Positions 10,252-20,504 of a stretch of 64,000 nucleotides of DNA are shown here, one piece after another. Below the pieces are notes generated by a model, which saw only the letters and a program-made list of their open reading frames with translations, had not been told where the DNA came from and ran no database searches. Location: the NCBI GenBank assembly GCA_963710605.1, contig CAVQBA010000006.1, positions 128,001 to 192,000 of the forward strand, written 5' to 3'. This DNA comes from an uncultured cyanobacterium. Lineage in GTDB: Bacteria; Cyanobacteriota; Cyanobacteriia; Cyanobacteriales; Cyanobacteriaceae. Position numbers and translations under genes: made by a program. Numbering within the stretch: position 1 is the stretch's first letter; the number at the start of each line of letters is the position of its first letter.

Positions 10252-11289
10252 ATGGTAGAAACTATCCCTTCAACTGTCGAAATTACCGAGGCTTTGTCAA
10301 TTCCTGAAGATTTGGATTTTGAGTTACCTAATCCTGAAGATGAGCAATTAGGAGAAGACGAGTTTTTATATCAAATTGATCATGTTTGGAAAGTATGCGA
10401 CAGGTTTGATTTACAAACAGATATTTGGCGAGGTAGAATACTTAGAGCGGTTAGAGATCGAGAAAAACTCGGTGGTGAAGGTAGAGGTACAGGTTTTTTA
10501 AATTGGTTAAAAAATAGAGAAATAACTAAAAGTCAAGCCTATGCTTTAATTCAAGTAGCCAATAGTGCTGATACTTTACTCGCAGAGGGTAATTTAGAGC
10601 CAGAAGCGATTAATAACTTCAGTAAACGGGCTTTTGTCGAAACCGCTAAAGCAGAGCCAGAAATTCAAAAAATTGTTAGTGAAGCCGCTCAAAATGGCGA
10701 TCGTATTACCCGCCGAGAAGTTAAACAATTAACTGACGAATACACGGCGATGAATTCGGATTTTTTACCTGATAATATCAAAGAAAAAGCAGTTGATGGT
10801 ACATTACCTCCTCGTCATCTAGCACCTTTAGTTAAGGAGTTAGAAAAGTTACCAGAAGAGCAAATTGAAGAAATAAAAAAAGAAGTAGAACAAAATCCTG
10901 ATATCGATACAGTCAAGGAAATGACTTCTACTGCTAAAAGCTTAGCTAAATACCTCGATTCTGCCGCTCAAGTAGAAACACTCAGAGAATCAAGTGTCGA
11001 TGTCAAACTAGCTTTAGATGAGGCGTTAAGATTAGATTGCTTGAGTATTACCGCTGATTTGGTTAAACAAGCCACTAACCTTGAGCATAGTGTCGCAAAG
11101 TTATATACTCAGTGGAAAAGAATGGGTGGTATAGCCGATTGTCTTTATGTAGAAACAGGGGCTACCACTCCTAATTTACGATCGCTTTTGAGTTGTTTAG
11201 AAAAATTGACCAGTGAAGTTGTTGAAGTACGTTTAGATGATGGCGGCGAAAAAATGGTACGTCTAAGAATTGTCAGTGATGAGGTGTAA
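10252..11289 (+). CDS. Conserved cyanobacterial hypothetical protein
   Basis: 345-aa ORF, acidic and helical; FDLQTDIWRGRILRAVRD motif. Confidence 0.7.
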   Translation: MVETIPSTVEITEALSIPEDLDFELPNPEDEQLGEDEFLYQIDHVWKVCDRFDLQTDIWRGRILRAVRDREKLGGEGRGTGFLNWLKNREITKSQAYALIQVANSADTLLAEGNLEPEAINNFSKRAFVETAKAEPEIQKIVSEAAQNGDRITRREVKQLTDEYTAMNSDFLPDNIKEKAVDGTLPPRHLAPLVKELEKLPEEQIEEIKKEVEQNPDIDTVKEMTSTAKSLAKYLDSAAQVETLRESSVDVKLALDEALRLDCLSITADLVKQATNLEHSVAKLYTQWKRMGGIADCLYVETGATTPNLRSLLSCLEKLTSEVVEVRLDDGGEKMVRLRIVSDEV

Positions 11290-11480
11290 AAAGCTCAAGA
11301 AGTTTGCTTCAAACCTGTGTCCTAAAAAATATTGATTGTGATTCTGTTTTTACCCTTTGTAAGCCCCTTATATTTATCTAAAAAAAGGAACAAACATTTA
11401 GTTTTGTGGTCATTATTATTACCAAAAGCTATCTATTGAATTATCTTTTGTCGAAAAAAACTTACTCACAAATCAGTCGG

Positions 11481-12086
11481 ATGAAAAAAAAGAACAAGAT
11501 TTGGAGAACTTTAGCCGTAGCTGTGATTAGTTTACCATTACAACTATTAATTACTCCTAAATCGATCGCTCAACGACAATTACCCCCAAATGTAGTGATT
11601 CAACTAATGTATGAAGGAATAGCTAATCTTCACGGTAATCGTGCTATTCCTCGTGTTTATAAACCAATTCGACCAGGAACAATCACACGATGCGGTAGAA
11701 TGATACCGGGTAATGCCGCTTATTGTAAATTAGACCACTCAATTTATATTAGTACTGATATGGTAAGAAGAGCTTACCGATACGGTGATGCGGCTTTAGC
11801 TTATATTGTCGGACATGAATATGCTCATGCGATGCAAAATGTTTATGGCTTTAATAACAGTAAGAGTGCTTTATCTGAACTACAAGCTGATTGCTTAGCT
11901 GGTTTTTATATGGCGGCAATACCTAATATAGTTTTCGATCGACGAGATATGCAAGAGATTCGTTCATTTGCTTACGATTTAGGTGATGAAAATGTTTGGT
12001 CAGAAGATCATCATGGTACACCCAGTCAAAGATTAAAAGCTGTTACTCTTGGTTTGACAAGCAAAAATATATCTGCTTGTTTTTAA
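11481..12086 (+). CDS. Secreted neutral zinc metallopeptidase (YpfJ-like)
   Basis: Signal-peptide-like N-terminus from ATG 11481; NAAYC, HEYAH, ELQADCLAG, HGTP.QR. Confidence 0.8.
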   Translation: MKKKNKIWRTLAVAVISLPLQLLITPKSIAQRQLPPNVVIQLMYEGIANLHGNRAIPRVYKPIRPGTITRCGRMIPGNAAYCKLDHSIYISTDMVRRAYRYGDAALAYIVGHEYAHAMQNVYGFNNSKSALSELQADCLAGFYMAAIPNIVFDRRDMQEIRSFAYDLGDENVWSEDHHGTPSQRLKAVTLGLTSKNISACF

Positions 12087-12114
12087 GTTTCTAATTTGAA
12101 AATAATGACTAAAC

Positions 12115-12161
12115 AAAAAAAGAGAGTCAGTTAAGACTCTCCTCTTTCGTTCTTTTTTTTT
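12115..12161. terminator. Bidirectional intrinsic terminator
   Basis: A-tract, GAGAGTC/GACTCTC stem, T-rich tail; lies between the convergent peptidase gene and tRNA-Glu. Confidence 0.6.
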
Positions 12162-12163
12162 AA

Positions 12164-12236
12164 TACCCCCAAGGGAATTCGAATCCCTGTCGCCTCCGTG
12201 AAAGGGAGGTGTCCTAGGCCTCTAGACGATGGGGGC
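12164..12236 (-). tRNA. trnE: tRNA-Glu (UUC)
   Basis: Reverse complement GCCCCCATCGTCTAGAGGCCTAGGACACCTCCCTTTCACGGAGGCGACAGGGATTCGAATTCCCTTGGGGGTA folds as a cloverleaf. Confidence 0.97.
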
Positions 12237-12289
12237 TTAGGTATTTATGCTTACTGAGTTTTGTTTAACTTTTGTTAGGCACATTTATT

Positions 12290-12318
12290 AATATAACGAA
12301 CATTTTTTGAGTTGTCAA
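12290..12318 (-). promoter_or_regulatory. Sigma70-type promoter for tRNA-Glu
   Basis: TTGACA-17 nt-TATATT on the minus strand. Confidence 0.65.
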
Positions 12319-12488
12319 CAAAAATAACTTTTTTTCTGATTTATGCCCAAAATTACTGACCAAAAAAGAGGATTTGGAGTCCACATACCATAAAAATAGA
12401 TTGAACTTAAGGTATGGATGGTTTAACCATTCTCAACAATATCAACTTCCACTTTGAATACTTTTGTTGACTGACAAACATATTTTGT

Positions 12489-12701
12489 TTAATATGCTAA
12501 TGTCTCTAAGGTAGATCTTAAATATTGCTTAACTTGTTCTTCTACAGTTGTCTCAAGTTGATTTTCTTTTTGCCAACTTTTAAAGCCTGAGCTTTGAGAA
12601 ATAGCTTGTTGTAGGTTTTGCCAAATTTCTCGATCGTGCAACGCCGAGCTTTCAGCTCTATCACCGTTGGCTATGTTCGTCGAAGGAGTAGGTACAATCA
12701 T
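12489..12701 (-). CDS. Small conserved cyanobacterial hypothetical protein
   Basis: W.NL..AI..SSGF..W and YLRSTLETLAY C-terminus. Confidence 0.7.
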   Translation of the reverse strand: MIVPTPSTNIANGDRAESSALHDREIWQNLQQAISQSSGFKSWQKENQLETTVEEQVKQYLRSTLETLAY

Positions 12702-12956
12702 AGGTATTTGTGAATAATTTATTTATGTTAACTAGAATAACCTAATTCTAACTTTTATGATTGTGTTCTCAAATACACATTTTTGAAAATATCGATCGTA
12801 TATCAATATATTGACTTAAATCGATCGTGATTTTGCTCTTGATATATTATTGATTAAATACCTTAAAATACAAATGTATTAAAAAGTTTGACGAGATCAA
12901 TTTTTCATTATTTACTTTTAGGTTCAAACTGTTAGTTAGGTAGATAATATATTCAG

Positions 12957-13039
12957 CGGCAATATTTATCTTCAATATTGCATAAATTCTAGTTTGCGTC
13001 GGGAAGAATAATTAAGGTTAATTCAAAAATTGAAGATTA
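12957..13039 (+). promoter_or_regulatory. Shared leader of the LRV-repeat genes, copy 1
   Basis: 46-bp core 12970-13015 is identical to 17568-17613; degenerate copy at 13559-13620. Confidence 0.8.
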
Positions 13040-13480
13040 ATGAGTGATATCGAACAACAAAGAAAGGAAGCCCAAGACGAAACAACTCCACCAAAACAAT
13101 TACAAGAGTTATCGGTGTCACCTGATTCTCTAACTCGTCAATATGTAGCTCAAAATCCCAATACACCGACACAAACTCTTCTAAATTCAAGCGATGAATT
13201 TCCTCAACAAGTCTTAAATAACGATGTTATTCCTTTACTTTTAATTGAAACTCCTCAGCTTTTTTCTTGTCCATTTCGTTTCGATTTGGTACACGTAATT
13301 CGTGTTACCAGTCGGTTGATGAAATGTTTAGGATGGACAGTCGAAGACGGAAAACTGTATTTAATGCAAACCTATGGCCAAAAATCTCGAAATTTACTTT
13401 CTGATGAGCAGTTATTAGAATTTATGAGGATGCTTCAAAATCTCAAAGATAGTCAACAAAATAATAATACCTGTTCGTAG
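13040..13480 (+). CDS. LRV/HEAT N-cap fused to a small helical domain (LGWT.E.G..YL..TYG.KSR.LLSDE.L.EF)
   Basis: First ~75 aa homologous to the N-termini at 15373 and 17637; unrelated C-terminus. Confidence 0.7.
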   Translation: MSDIEQQRKEAQDETTPPKQLQELSVSPDSLTRQYVAQNPNTPTQTLLNSSDEFPQQVLNNDVIPLLLIETPQLFSCPFRFDLVHVIRVTSRLMKCLGWTVEDGKLYLMQTYGQKSRNLLSDEQLLEFMRMLQNLKDSQQNNNTCS

Positions 13481-13508
13481 TAACTCCTTAGTCATTGTCT
13501 TCGTTAAA

Positions 13509-13540
13509 AAAGAAAGCCTAAAGGCTTAACTACAAACTTT
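13509..13540 (+). repeat. 32-bp direct repeat, identical to 19075-19106
   Basis: AAAGAAAGCCTAAAGGCTTAACTACAAACTTT at both sites. Confidence 0.9.
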
Positions 13541-13620
13541 CTTGTAAAAGTTTAGATGTTGCATAAAATATTATTTAGCTCAGGAAGAATAATTAAAGTT
13601 AATAAAAAAATAGAAGATTA

Positions 13621-15351
13621 ATGAACGATATCGAACAGGTAAAAAAACTAATTACACAGCCAAAACTAAGTCTTTTTTCTGAACAATTACGAGAAATTGC
13701 TCAAAACCCTAATACTTCTGCTGAGATATTTACTCTATTAGTTGAAGAATTTAATAAAACAAATAGTTTATTTTATCAAGAAATTACGAAGTCGATCGCT
13801 CTCAATCCTAATATACCTAGCGAACTTCTTGAAAAACTACTGATGTATCATTCCGTTGAGGTATTGAATAACCCGACTATTTTGAGGAGATTAAAAGAGC
13901 AACCCAATTTACTTTATTTGCTCGAAACAAATTATTCTAGGGTTAAAACTCTAATTGAATATAATTATGATGTACCTAACTGGTTTCTAGAAAGATTAAC
14001 TAATTTAAAAAACTTTACCGTTAAAAAAGAATTCGATCGAGAAATTACTACTATAGCCCAACAAATATTAGAGGCAAAAAACGAAAGTACACCACCAGCA
14101 AAATTGGTAGAATTAGGTGAAAAATCAACTTTTAGTATTCGTCGATTTGTTGCTCTCAATCCTAACACACTTGTCGATACTTTGATTGAAGTAGCTTATG
14201 CTTTTCCTAAAGAAGTATTAAATAATCCTGTTTTTGATTTATTAATTTTAGAGGATGCAGATTTCATTAAAAGAATACCGCCCGAGACTTTTATCGAATT
14301 ACTTTGTCAAGAAGAAATGACATCTAGTTTTCTTGCTTTAGCGATTGAACATCCTGAAGATAGAGTAAAATCTCATATAGCAATAGATCCTGCAACATCA
14401 CCTAAAACATTACAAAGATTATTAGAAAACATCTTAGCAGGAAAAGGTTCGCTTTCATTATCTAGGTCAATTGCTAATAATCCGAATATATCCACTGAAA
14501 CATTACAATTGTTAACCGATCGAAGTAAAGATGTAACTTTGGCTAAACATACAATTTATTGTTCTAAGATTAAAATTCCTACTGAAACGATCGAACAATT
14601 GATTGAAAATGGGGATGAAAAATTACTTGAAGCGATCGCACTTAATCCTAATACTCCAACACATATAATAGAAAATTTATGTTCTTCTTATATAAATAAA
14701 AGCTATACAAATAAAAATTACAAAATTATTTATGCAATTTCTCAAAACCCGAAGACAAATAGTCAAATTTTAGAATCGATAACTAATAAATATATTTCAG
14801 ATAATAACCCGCATTTAGTTAGAGATTTATTACTGAATATTGCTAGTCATGATAATGCTTCTTCACAAACTCTTGAAAGGTTAGCAGATTATCCCGATGA
14901 GTGGGCAACTGAAGCTGTTGCGGTAAATTCTAATGTTTCTGAAAAAACGATCGAGAAAATACTAATAAAAGTTGTTAATTCATTATTTGCTCAAAAATCT
15001 CAAGAAGAAAAACTAGCTTTATTGGTTTTAGCATTTGATGAATTGCAAAAAGCAAAAAATACTCAAACATCTATCTCTTTATTGGAACAATATACTAAAC
15101 ATCGCTGGCGTGCAATTCGTTTGGCAGTTGCTAAAAATCCGAGTACGCCTGATTCTATACTTCAACAACTGGCTAACGATGGATATCCTAAGGTTGCTGA
15201 ATGGGTTGCCAAACATCCGAATTGTTCTAGCTACACTTTAGACATTCTCAATCAATACCCTGCAACTTACATACACCAGATAGCCTTAAAACATCCTAAC
15301 ATCTCAAGACTAACCAAACAAAGATCTTACAGTGGAAAATCATATACATAA
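13621..15351 (+). CDS. Leucine-rich-repeat-variant (LRV/HEAT-like) protein
   Basis: Repeated IA.NPNT/S....L..L units; internal second N-cap (QQILEAKNESTPP). Confidence 0.8.
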   Translation: MNDIEQVKKLITQPKLSLFSEQLREIAQNPNTSAEIFTLLVEEFNKTNSLFYQEITKSIALNPNIPSELLEKLLMYHSVEVLNNPTILRRLKEQPNLLYLLETNYSRVKTLIEYNYDVPNWFLERLTNLKNFTVKKEFDREITTIAQQILEAKNESTPPAKLVELGEKSTFSIRRFVALNPNTLVDTLIEVAYAFPKEVLNNPVFDLLILEDADFIKRIPPETFIELLCQEEMTSSFLALAIEHPEDRVKSHIAIDPATSPKTLQRLLENILAGKGSLSLSRSIANNPNISTETLQLLTDRSKDVTLAKHTIYCSKIKIPTETIEQLIENGDEKLLEAIALNPNTPTHIIENLCSSYINKSYTNKNYKIIYAISQNPKTNSQILESITNKYISDNNPHLVRDLLLNIASHDNASSQTLERLADYPDEWATEAVAVNSNVSEKTIEKILIKVVNSLFAQKSQEEKLALLVLAFDELQKAKNTQTSISLLEQYTKHRWRAIRLAVAKNPSTPDSILQQLANDGYPKVAEWVAKHPNCSSYTLDILNQYPATYIHQIALKHPNISRLTKQRSYSGKSYT

Positions 15352-15372
15352 ATCAAATTAGACATAAAAGTA

Positions 15373-17409
15373 ATGAATATCGAACAACAAATAAAAGAAG
15401 CTCAAGACGAAACAACGCCACCAGAAAGATTACGAGAGTTAGCAGTTTCCTCTAATTATCTTGTTCTTGAAAGTATAGTCAAAAATCCTAATATACCACC
15501 TGACGTTATACAAAATTTGGCTGGGCAGTTTCCTCAACAAGTTTTTGAGAATCCTGCTTTAGAATTATTATTATTAGAAACTCCCGATTTACTTTTTAAA
15601 ATAAACTCTTACTCTCTCCAAACAATAGCCCAAACAACTACTTGTGTTAAAACTCTAGCGATATTAGCTAGAAATGAAGATGACAGAGTTCGTGGGTATG
15701 TAGCACGAAACCCAAAGATAACGATCGAAATTTTAGAAAAATTGGCTCTCGATACAGGTACGAATATCAGACAAGCAGTAGCAATAAACCCTCGTACTTC
15801 GGTTAAATTATTACAACAATTAGCTTTCGATGCAGATTTTCATGTCAGAGAAGCTGTAGCACAAAACCCTCATATTTCAATTGAATTATTACAACAACTA
15901 GCTCTCGATTCTAGCGGTTGGGTAAAAGGTTATGTTGTCAGCAATCCTAAAATTCCAATTGAATTATTACAACAACTAGCTTTTGATACTAATGCCGATG
16001 TCAGACAAGTAGTAGTATATAACCCCAAGGCAACACCCAAAATTTTAGAAAAATTGGCTCTTGATACAGATGCGGGTGTCAGACAAAGAGTCGCACAAAA
16101 TCCTCAGACAACAACTGAAATCTTAGAAAAATTAGCTCTTGATTGGAATTATAAAGTCAGACAAATAGTTGCACGAAACCCTCAGATAACGCCTGAAATA
16201 TCCAAAAAATTGGCTCTCGATGGGAATCATAAAGTAAGAAAAGCAATAGCACGAAATCCTTATATTTCAATTAAAATCTTACAACAAATAGCTCTTAAAC
16301 CTTTGCAAGACTCAACAATACCAGTAAAAGTAGCGATTAATTTTCAGACCTCAACTGATATATTAGAACTACTAGCTAGGTATTACAGTCAACGTGTAAG
16401 ACAAATGGTAGCAAGAAATCTTAAGACACCAATAAAAACCTTACAACAACTAGCTCTCGATTCGGATTGTGTAATAAGAAAAGAGGTGGCTTTCAATCCT
16501 CATACTCCAAGTAAAACCTTAATAAAATTGGCTCGTGATTCTGAGGCGAAAATTAGAGAAATCATTGCTCTGAATCCTAATACTTCAACTGAAATCTTAA
16601 AAAAATTGGCTCGTGATTCTGAGAAACAAATAAGGGAAATCGTCGCACTTAATTCTAATATCACGATCGATATTTTACAACAATTAGCTCGTGATTCTGA
16701 ACATACAGTCAAAGTTGCTGTAGCGTTACATTCAAAAACAACGATCGATACTTTACAACAATTAGCAGATGATTTGCATTATAGAGTAAGAGTAGCGGTG
16801 GCTAGAAATTCTAATACCACAACCCAAATATTGGAACAATTAGCAGATGATTATCACGAGCGAGTAAGAATGGCTGTTGTTAAAAATTCTAATACAGCGA
16901 TCGAAATATTAGAAAAATTAGCTAATGATTCTGATAGTGGAGTAAGAATTGCTATTACCCGAAATCTTAATAAGCCGATAGCTTTCGATTCTGATTATGA
17001 GGTAAAATATACACTTACAAAAAATACTTTGACCACAAGTCAAATGTTACAACAAGCGGCTAAACATAGTAGCTATGAAGTGAGGATTGAAATTGCTAAA
17101 AATCCAAACGTCACGCTAAAAATATTAAAACAACTAATCTCAGAACAATTAGCTGAAGATCGTTATGGTAAAGTTAAAACGCAAGTGGCACAACATCCGC
17201 TCACAACAGTAGAAATGTTAGAAACATTAGCAAATGATTATCATAGCGGAGTAAGAAAAGCTGTCGCCAGAAATCCTAACACACCGATCGAAATATTACA
17301 AGCATTATCTGGGGATGAAATTGCTTATGTAAGTAAACACGCTGAAGCTAATTTCTTTCGATTAATTATGATTAAGAAAAATGTTTGTTCGTCTAATACT
17401 ATAAGTTGA
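15373..17409 (+). CDS. LRV/HEAT-like repeat protein with many regular 26-aa repeats
   Basis: (D....VR..VA.NP.T..E.L..LA)n. Confidence 0.85.
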   Translation: MNIEQQIKEAQDETTPPERLRELAVSSNYLVLESIVKNPNIPPDVIQNLAGQFPQQVFENPALELLLLETPDLLFKINSYSLQTIAQTTTCVKTLAILARNEDDRVRGYVARNPKITIEILEKLALDTGTNIRQAVAINPRTSVKLLQQLAFDADFHVREAVAQNPHISIELLQQLALDSSGWVKGYVVSNPKIPIELLQQLAFDTNADVRQVVVYNPKATPKILEKLALDTDAGVRQRVAQNPQTTTEILEKLALDWNYKVRQIVARNPQITPEISKKLALDGNHKVRKAIARNPYISIKILQQIALKPLQDSTIPVKVAINFQTSTDILELLARYYSQRVRQMVARNLKTPIKTLQQLALDSDCVIRKEVAFNPHTPSKTLIKLARDSEAKIREIIALNPNTSTEILKKLARDSEKQIREIVALNSNITIDILQQLARDSEHTVKVAVALHSKTTIDTLQQLADDLHYRVRVAVARNSNTTTQILEQLADDYHERVRMAVVKNSNTAIEILEKLANDSDSGVRIAITRNLNKPIAFDSDYEVKYTLTKNTLTTSQMLQQAAKHSSYEVRIEIAKNPNVTLKILKQLISEQLAEDRYGKVKTQVAQHPLTTVEMLETLANDYHSGVRKAVARNPNTPIEILQALSGDEIAYVSKHAEANFFRLIMIKKNVCSSNTIS

Positions 17410-17636
17410 AGCTACTTTTGATTGATTTTATTTTATGTCGGTTTTGTCATTAAAAATAAGGCATAAATATTTATAACTATAGTCGATCGATCGTATGACT
17501 TAACTTTTAAATTGTAAGTTAGACTGACTCGATCGATCACAATTAAAAAATTTGTCGGCAACATCTACTTCAATATTGCATAAATTCTAGTTTGCGTCGG
17601 GAAGAATAATTAAAGTCGATCGAAAACTGAAAATTA

Positions 17637-18947
17637 ATGATAAATATCGAACAACAAAGAAACGAAGCACAAAATGAAAGCATATCACCACAAAGATTAC
17701 GAGAGTTAGCAGTCTCAGAAGACTTTCTTACCCTTGAACATATAGTTAAAAATCCTAATGTACCACCTGATGTATTACAAAATTTAGCCGGACAATTTTC
17801 CGAACAGACTTTTAAGAATCCTGCGATCGATTTATTGTTACTAGCAAACCCTGATTTACTCTCTGGAATTAGCTCTGACTCTCTTGAAACAATCGCTCAA
17901 ACAACGGCTTCAACTAATATTCTGGCTGTATTAGCAAGAAATCAGCATTGGAGAGTTCGTTGGGGAGTAGCAAAAAATCCAGAGACGACAATAGAAATCT
18001 TAAAACAATTAGCTCAAGATTTTAATCCTTATTCAAGACAAGAAGTAGCAAAAAATCCAAAAATTGATGAAGAAATAATTACAAAAATTCTTTTTTACAA
18101 ACATTCTATTGAAGAACTTAACGCTACTCATACGAAAGGAAAACGACCTATTACACTAACTATAGATGATAAAGAATATCTAATTGAACCATGTGCCAGT
18201 TTACATCTAGATGATAATCCTCTGGGTAATGTTGCTAGTAATCCTAATTTATCTTTAGATATTATTGAGCAGTTAGTGTCAAACATACTTAAAATATTAG
18301 AATGGGCATGGGGTATAAATTTTGTTACAGGTATTGTTTCAAATCCAAATATTCGTGTTTCTACATTAAGATGGTTATCAGGAGAAGAATATTTAAAAAT
18401 TCACAATGATGCTGTATTTGAATATCATATAAATAGTCTTGCATCTTATAAAGCTAACTGCGATCCTTTTCTGAAAAAAAAATCATATCAAGAAATTGTT
18501 AGTTATCTAAAAAAAGATTGGAGCGTACAAGAAGGTGCTAGTAATTCTGCGATGAGATTAATTGGTCAATTATACTGGGCAATTGTACAAAATCCAACCA
18601 CTCCCGAAGATTTAAAATCTGATTTATTACTTAAATTAACCAGCGATAAGATAATCGTTTCAGAAGTTCGTTATCACATTGCTAAATCTTTGGATGTACC
18701 AGTAGAAATCCTTAGAAGATTAGCAAAAGTCGATCCTCATCCTCATAAAGCATTGGCGGAAAATCCTCATACTCCTAGTGATGTTTTAGGACAACTAGCA
18801 AATCATAAAGATAGTGATATGCGTAAAAAAGTGGTACAACATCCTAGTACCTTACCTGAAACCTTAGAAAAATTGTCTGAAGACGAAGATGAACAAGTTA
18901 GTAAAGCGGCAAAAGCTAATATTTCCAGATTAAAACTTGCAAACTAG
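17637..18947 (+). CDS. LRV/HEAT-like repeat protein with a non-repeat central insert
   Basis: First ~130 aa closely similar to the 15373 ORF; divergent middle; terminal repeats. Confidence 0.8.
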   Translation: MINIEQQRNEAQNESISPQRLRELAVSEDFLTLEHIVKNPNVPPDVLQNLAGQFSEQTFKNPAIDLLLLANPDLLSGISSDSLETIAQTTASTNILAVLARNQHWRVRWGVAKNPETTIEILKQLAQDFNPYSRQEVAKNPKIDEEIITKILFYKHSIEELNATHTKGKRPITLTIDDKEYLIEPCASLHLDDNPLGNVASNPNLSLDIIEQLVSNILKILEWAWGINFVTGIVSNPNIRVSTLRWLSGEEYLKIHNDAVFEYHINSLASYKANCDPFLKKKSYQEIVSYLKKDWSVQEGASNSAMRLIGQLYWAIVQNPTTPEDLKSDLLLKLTSDKIIVSEVRYHIAKSLDVPVEILRRLAKVDPHPHKALAENPHTPSDVLGQLANHKDSDMRKKVVQHPSTLPETLEKLSEDEDEQVSKAAKANISRLKLAN

Positions 18948-19114
18948 TTTAATCCCTACAATTGCATGATCAGTGATTTTGAAGTTCATGTCAATGAACG
19001 GATTCTATTAGCCTTGCAATGATAATTCAAGGCGGAATATAAGAATAACAGAATTAATTACGTTAACACCAAATAAAGAAAGCCTAAAGGCTTAACTACA
19101 AACTTTTTTTAACC

Positions 19115-20117
19115 ATGACACCGACACAACTTAAAAAATATCTTAATAAACTCGTTAGCCAAAACATCAAAATTAGTACCATGATTTGGGGTGCACCCGG
19201 TATTGGTAAATCTAGCATCGTATCTCAAATCACCGAGCAACACGATATTGATTTTGTCGATGTTCGTCTTTCTCAACTCGCCCCTACAGATTTACGTGGT
19301 TTACCTGTCGCTGAAGATGGTATTTCTAAATGGTTTCCTCCTGAATTTTTGCCTAGAGAAGGTAAAGGTATCCTTTTTATGGATGAATTAAATATGGCAC
19401 CTCCAGCTTTACAAGGGGTTGCTCAACAACTTAATTTTAGACAGATGTGTTGGTAGTTATAAAGTCCCCGAAAACTGGTTTGTCTGGGCGGCGGGAAATC
19501 GCAAAGAAGATAGGGCGGCGGTATTCGAGATGCCTGCACCTTTAGCTAATCGTTTTTTACATCTTAAGGTAGAGGCTGATTTTGAGAGTTTTAAAATTTA
19601 TGCTTTAGAAAAACAAATACACGAACAAGTAATTGCTTTTTTATCATTTCGATCGACATTATTACACAAACTCGACCCCCAACAACCTGCATGGTGTTCA
19701 CCTCGCTCTTGGGTGATGGCAAGTCAACTTCATTATGTCGGTTTACCGATCGCTTCTGCGGTAGGAGAAGGTGCGCAAGCTGAATTTAATGCTTTTGTCA
19801 CTCTTTACGAAACTCTACCTAATTTAAGCCCTATTTTAGAAGGAAAAGGAAGCTCTATTAAATTTCCGAGTGAGCCATCAGTAAGATATGCTACCACCAC
19901 TGGTTTGACAGTTAGAGCTGAAAATGCAAATCAAGCCTATAATGCCTTTAATTGGCTTAGCGAAAAAGCGACTGCTGAATGGGTACAGTTGTTTGCAGTG
20001 GATATGTTCCGTCAAATGCGTAATAAGGGGCAAATGGGAGCATTAGCGAAGTTAGTTAAGCAAGATAGTCAATTACAAAAGTTCTTGAAAGATTTCCAAG
20101 AGTTAATTGGATTTTAA
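19115..20117 (+). CDS. MoxR/AAA_5-type ATPase with a single frameshift near 19430-19436 (assembly error or pseudogene)
   Basis: GAPGIGKS Walker A, DVRLSQ, FMDE Walker B; QQL|ILDR continues in the next frame; AAGNR, PLANRF. Confidence 0.85.
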
Positions 20118-20171
20118 ATTAATTGATAATTGACAATTGTACCAAATCTAAAAAATATTACGATAGATTTA

Positions 20172-20217
20172 TCCCCCCAACCCCCATCCCCCTCTATCCC
20201 CCTTCGCAAGGGGGAGG
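20172..20217. repeat. CCCCC-rich cyanobacterial dispersed hairpin repeat (relative at 20445-20475)
   Basis: CCCCTT.GC.AAGGGG hairpin preceded by C-runs. Confidence 0.55.
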
Positions 20218-20504
20218 ATGCAAGGATGCTTCGCTTTTATTTTTTGGGGCTTATAAGCTATAAGTGTAGTTTTAATTATTGAAAATCGTCTTAGAGATAA
20301 AAAATTAACTAGTAAAGGTAAAGGTGTGTTTATACTTTTATCGTTCATCTTTCATTTTTGTTTAGTTGGGTTTCGTCTTTTTGGTATATAGCGATTTGTA
20401 TTTCAATATTGTCATAACTCAACCCAACCTACTGATTACTTTATCTTCCCCCAGAGTTGGGGGATTGAGGGGGCAGAGGTTTGAATTTGGTATTAATTAC
20501 GAAT

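Noticed and set aside
13040-18947. Diversity-generating retroelement or integron explanation for the LRV array
   Set aside because: No reverse transcriptase, no TR/VR pair with adenine-specific differences, no integron integrase or clear attC sites in the window
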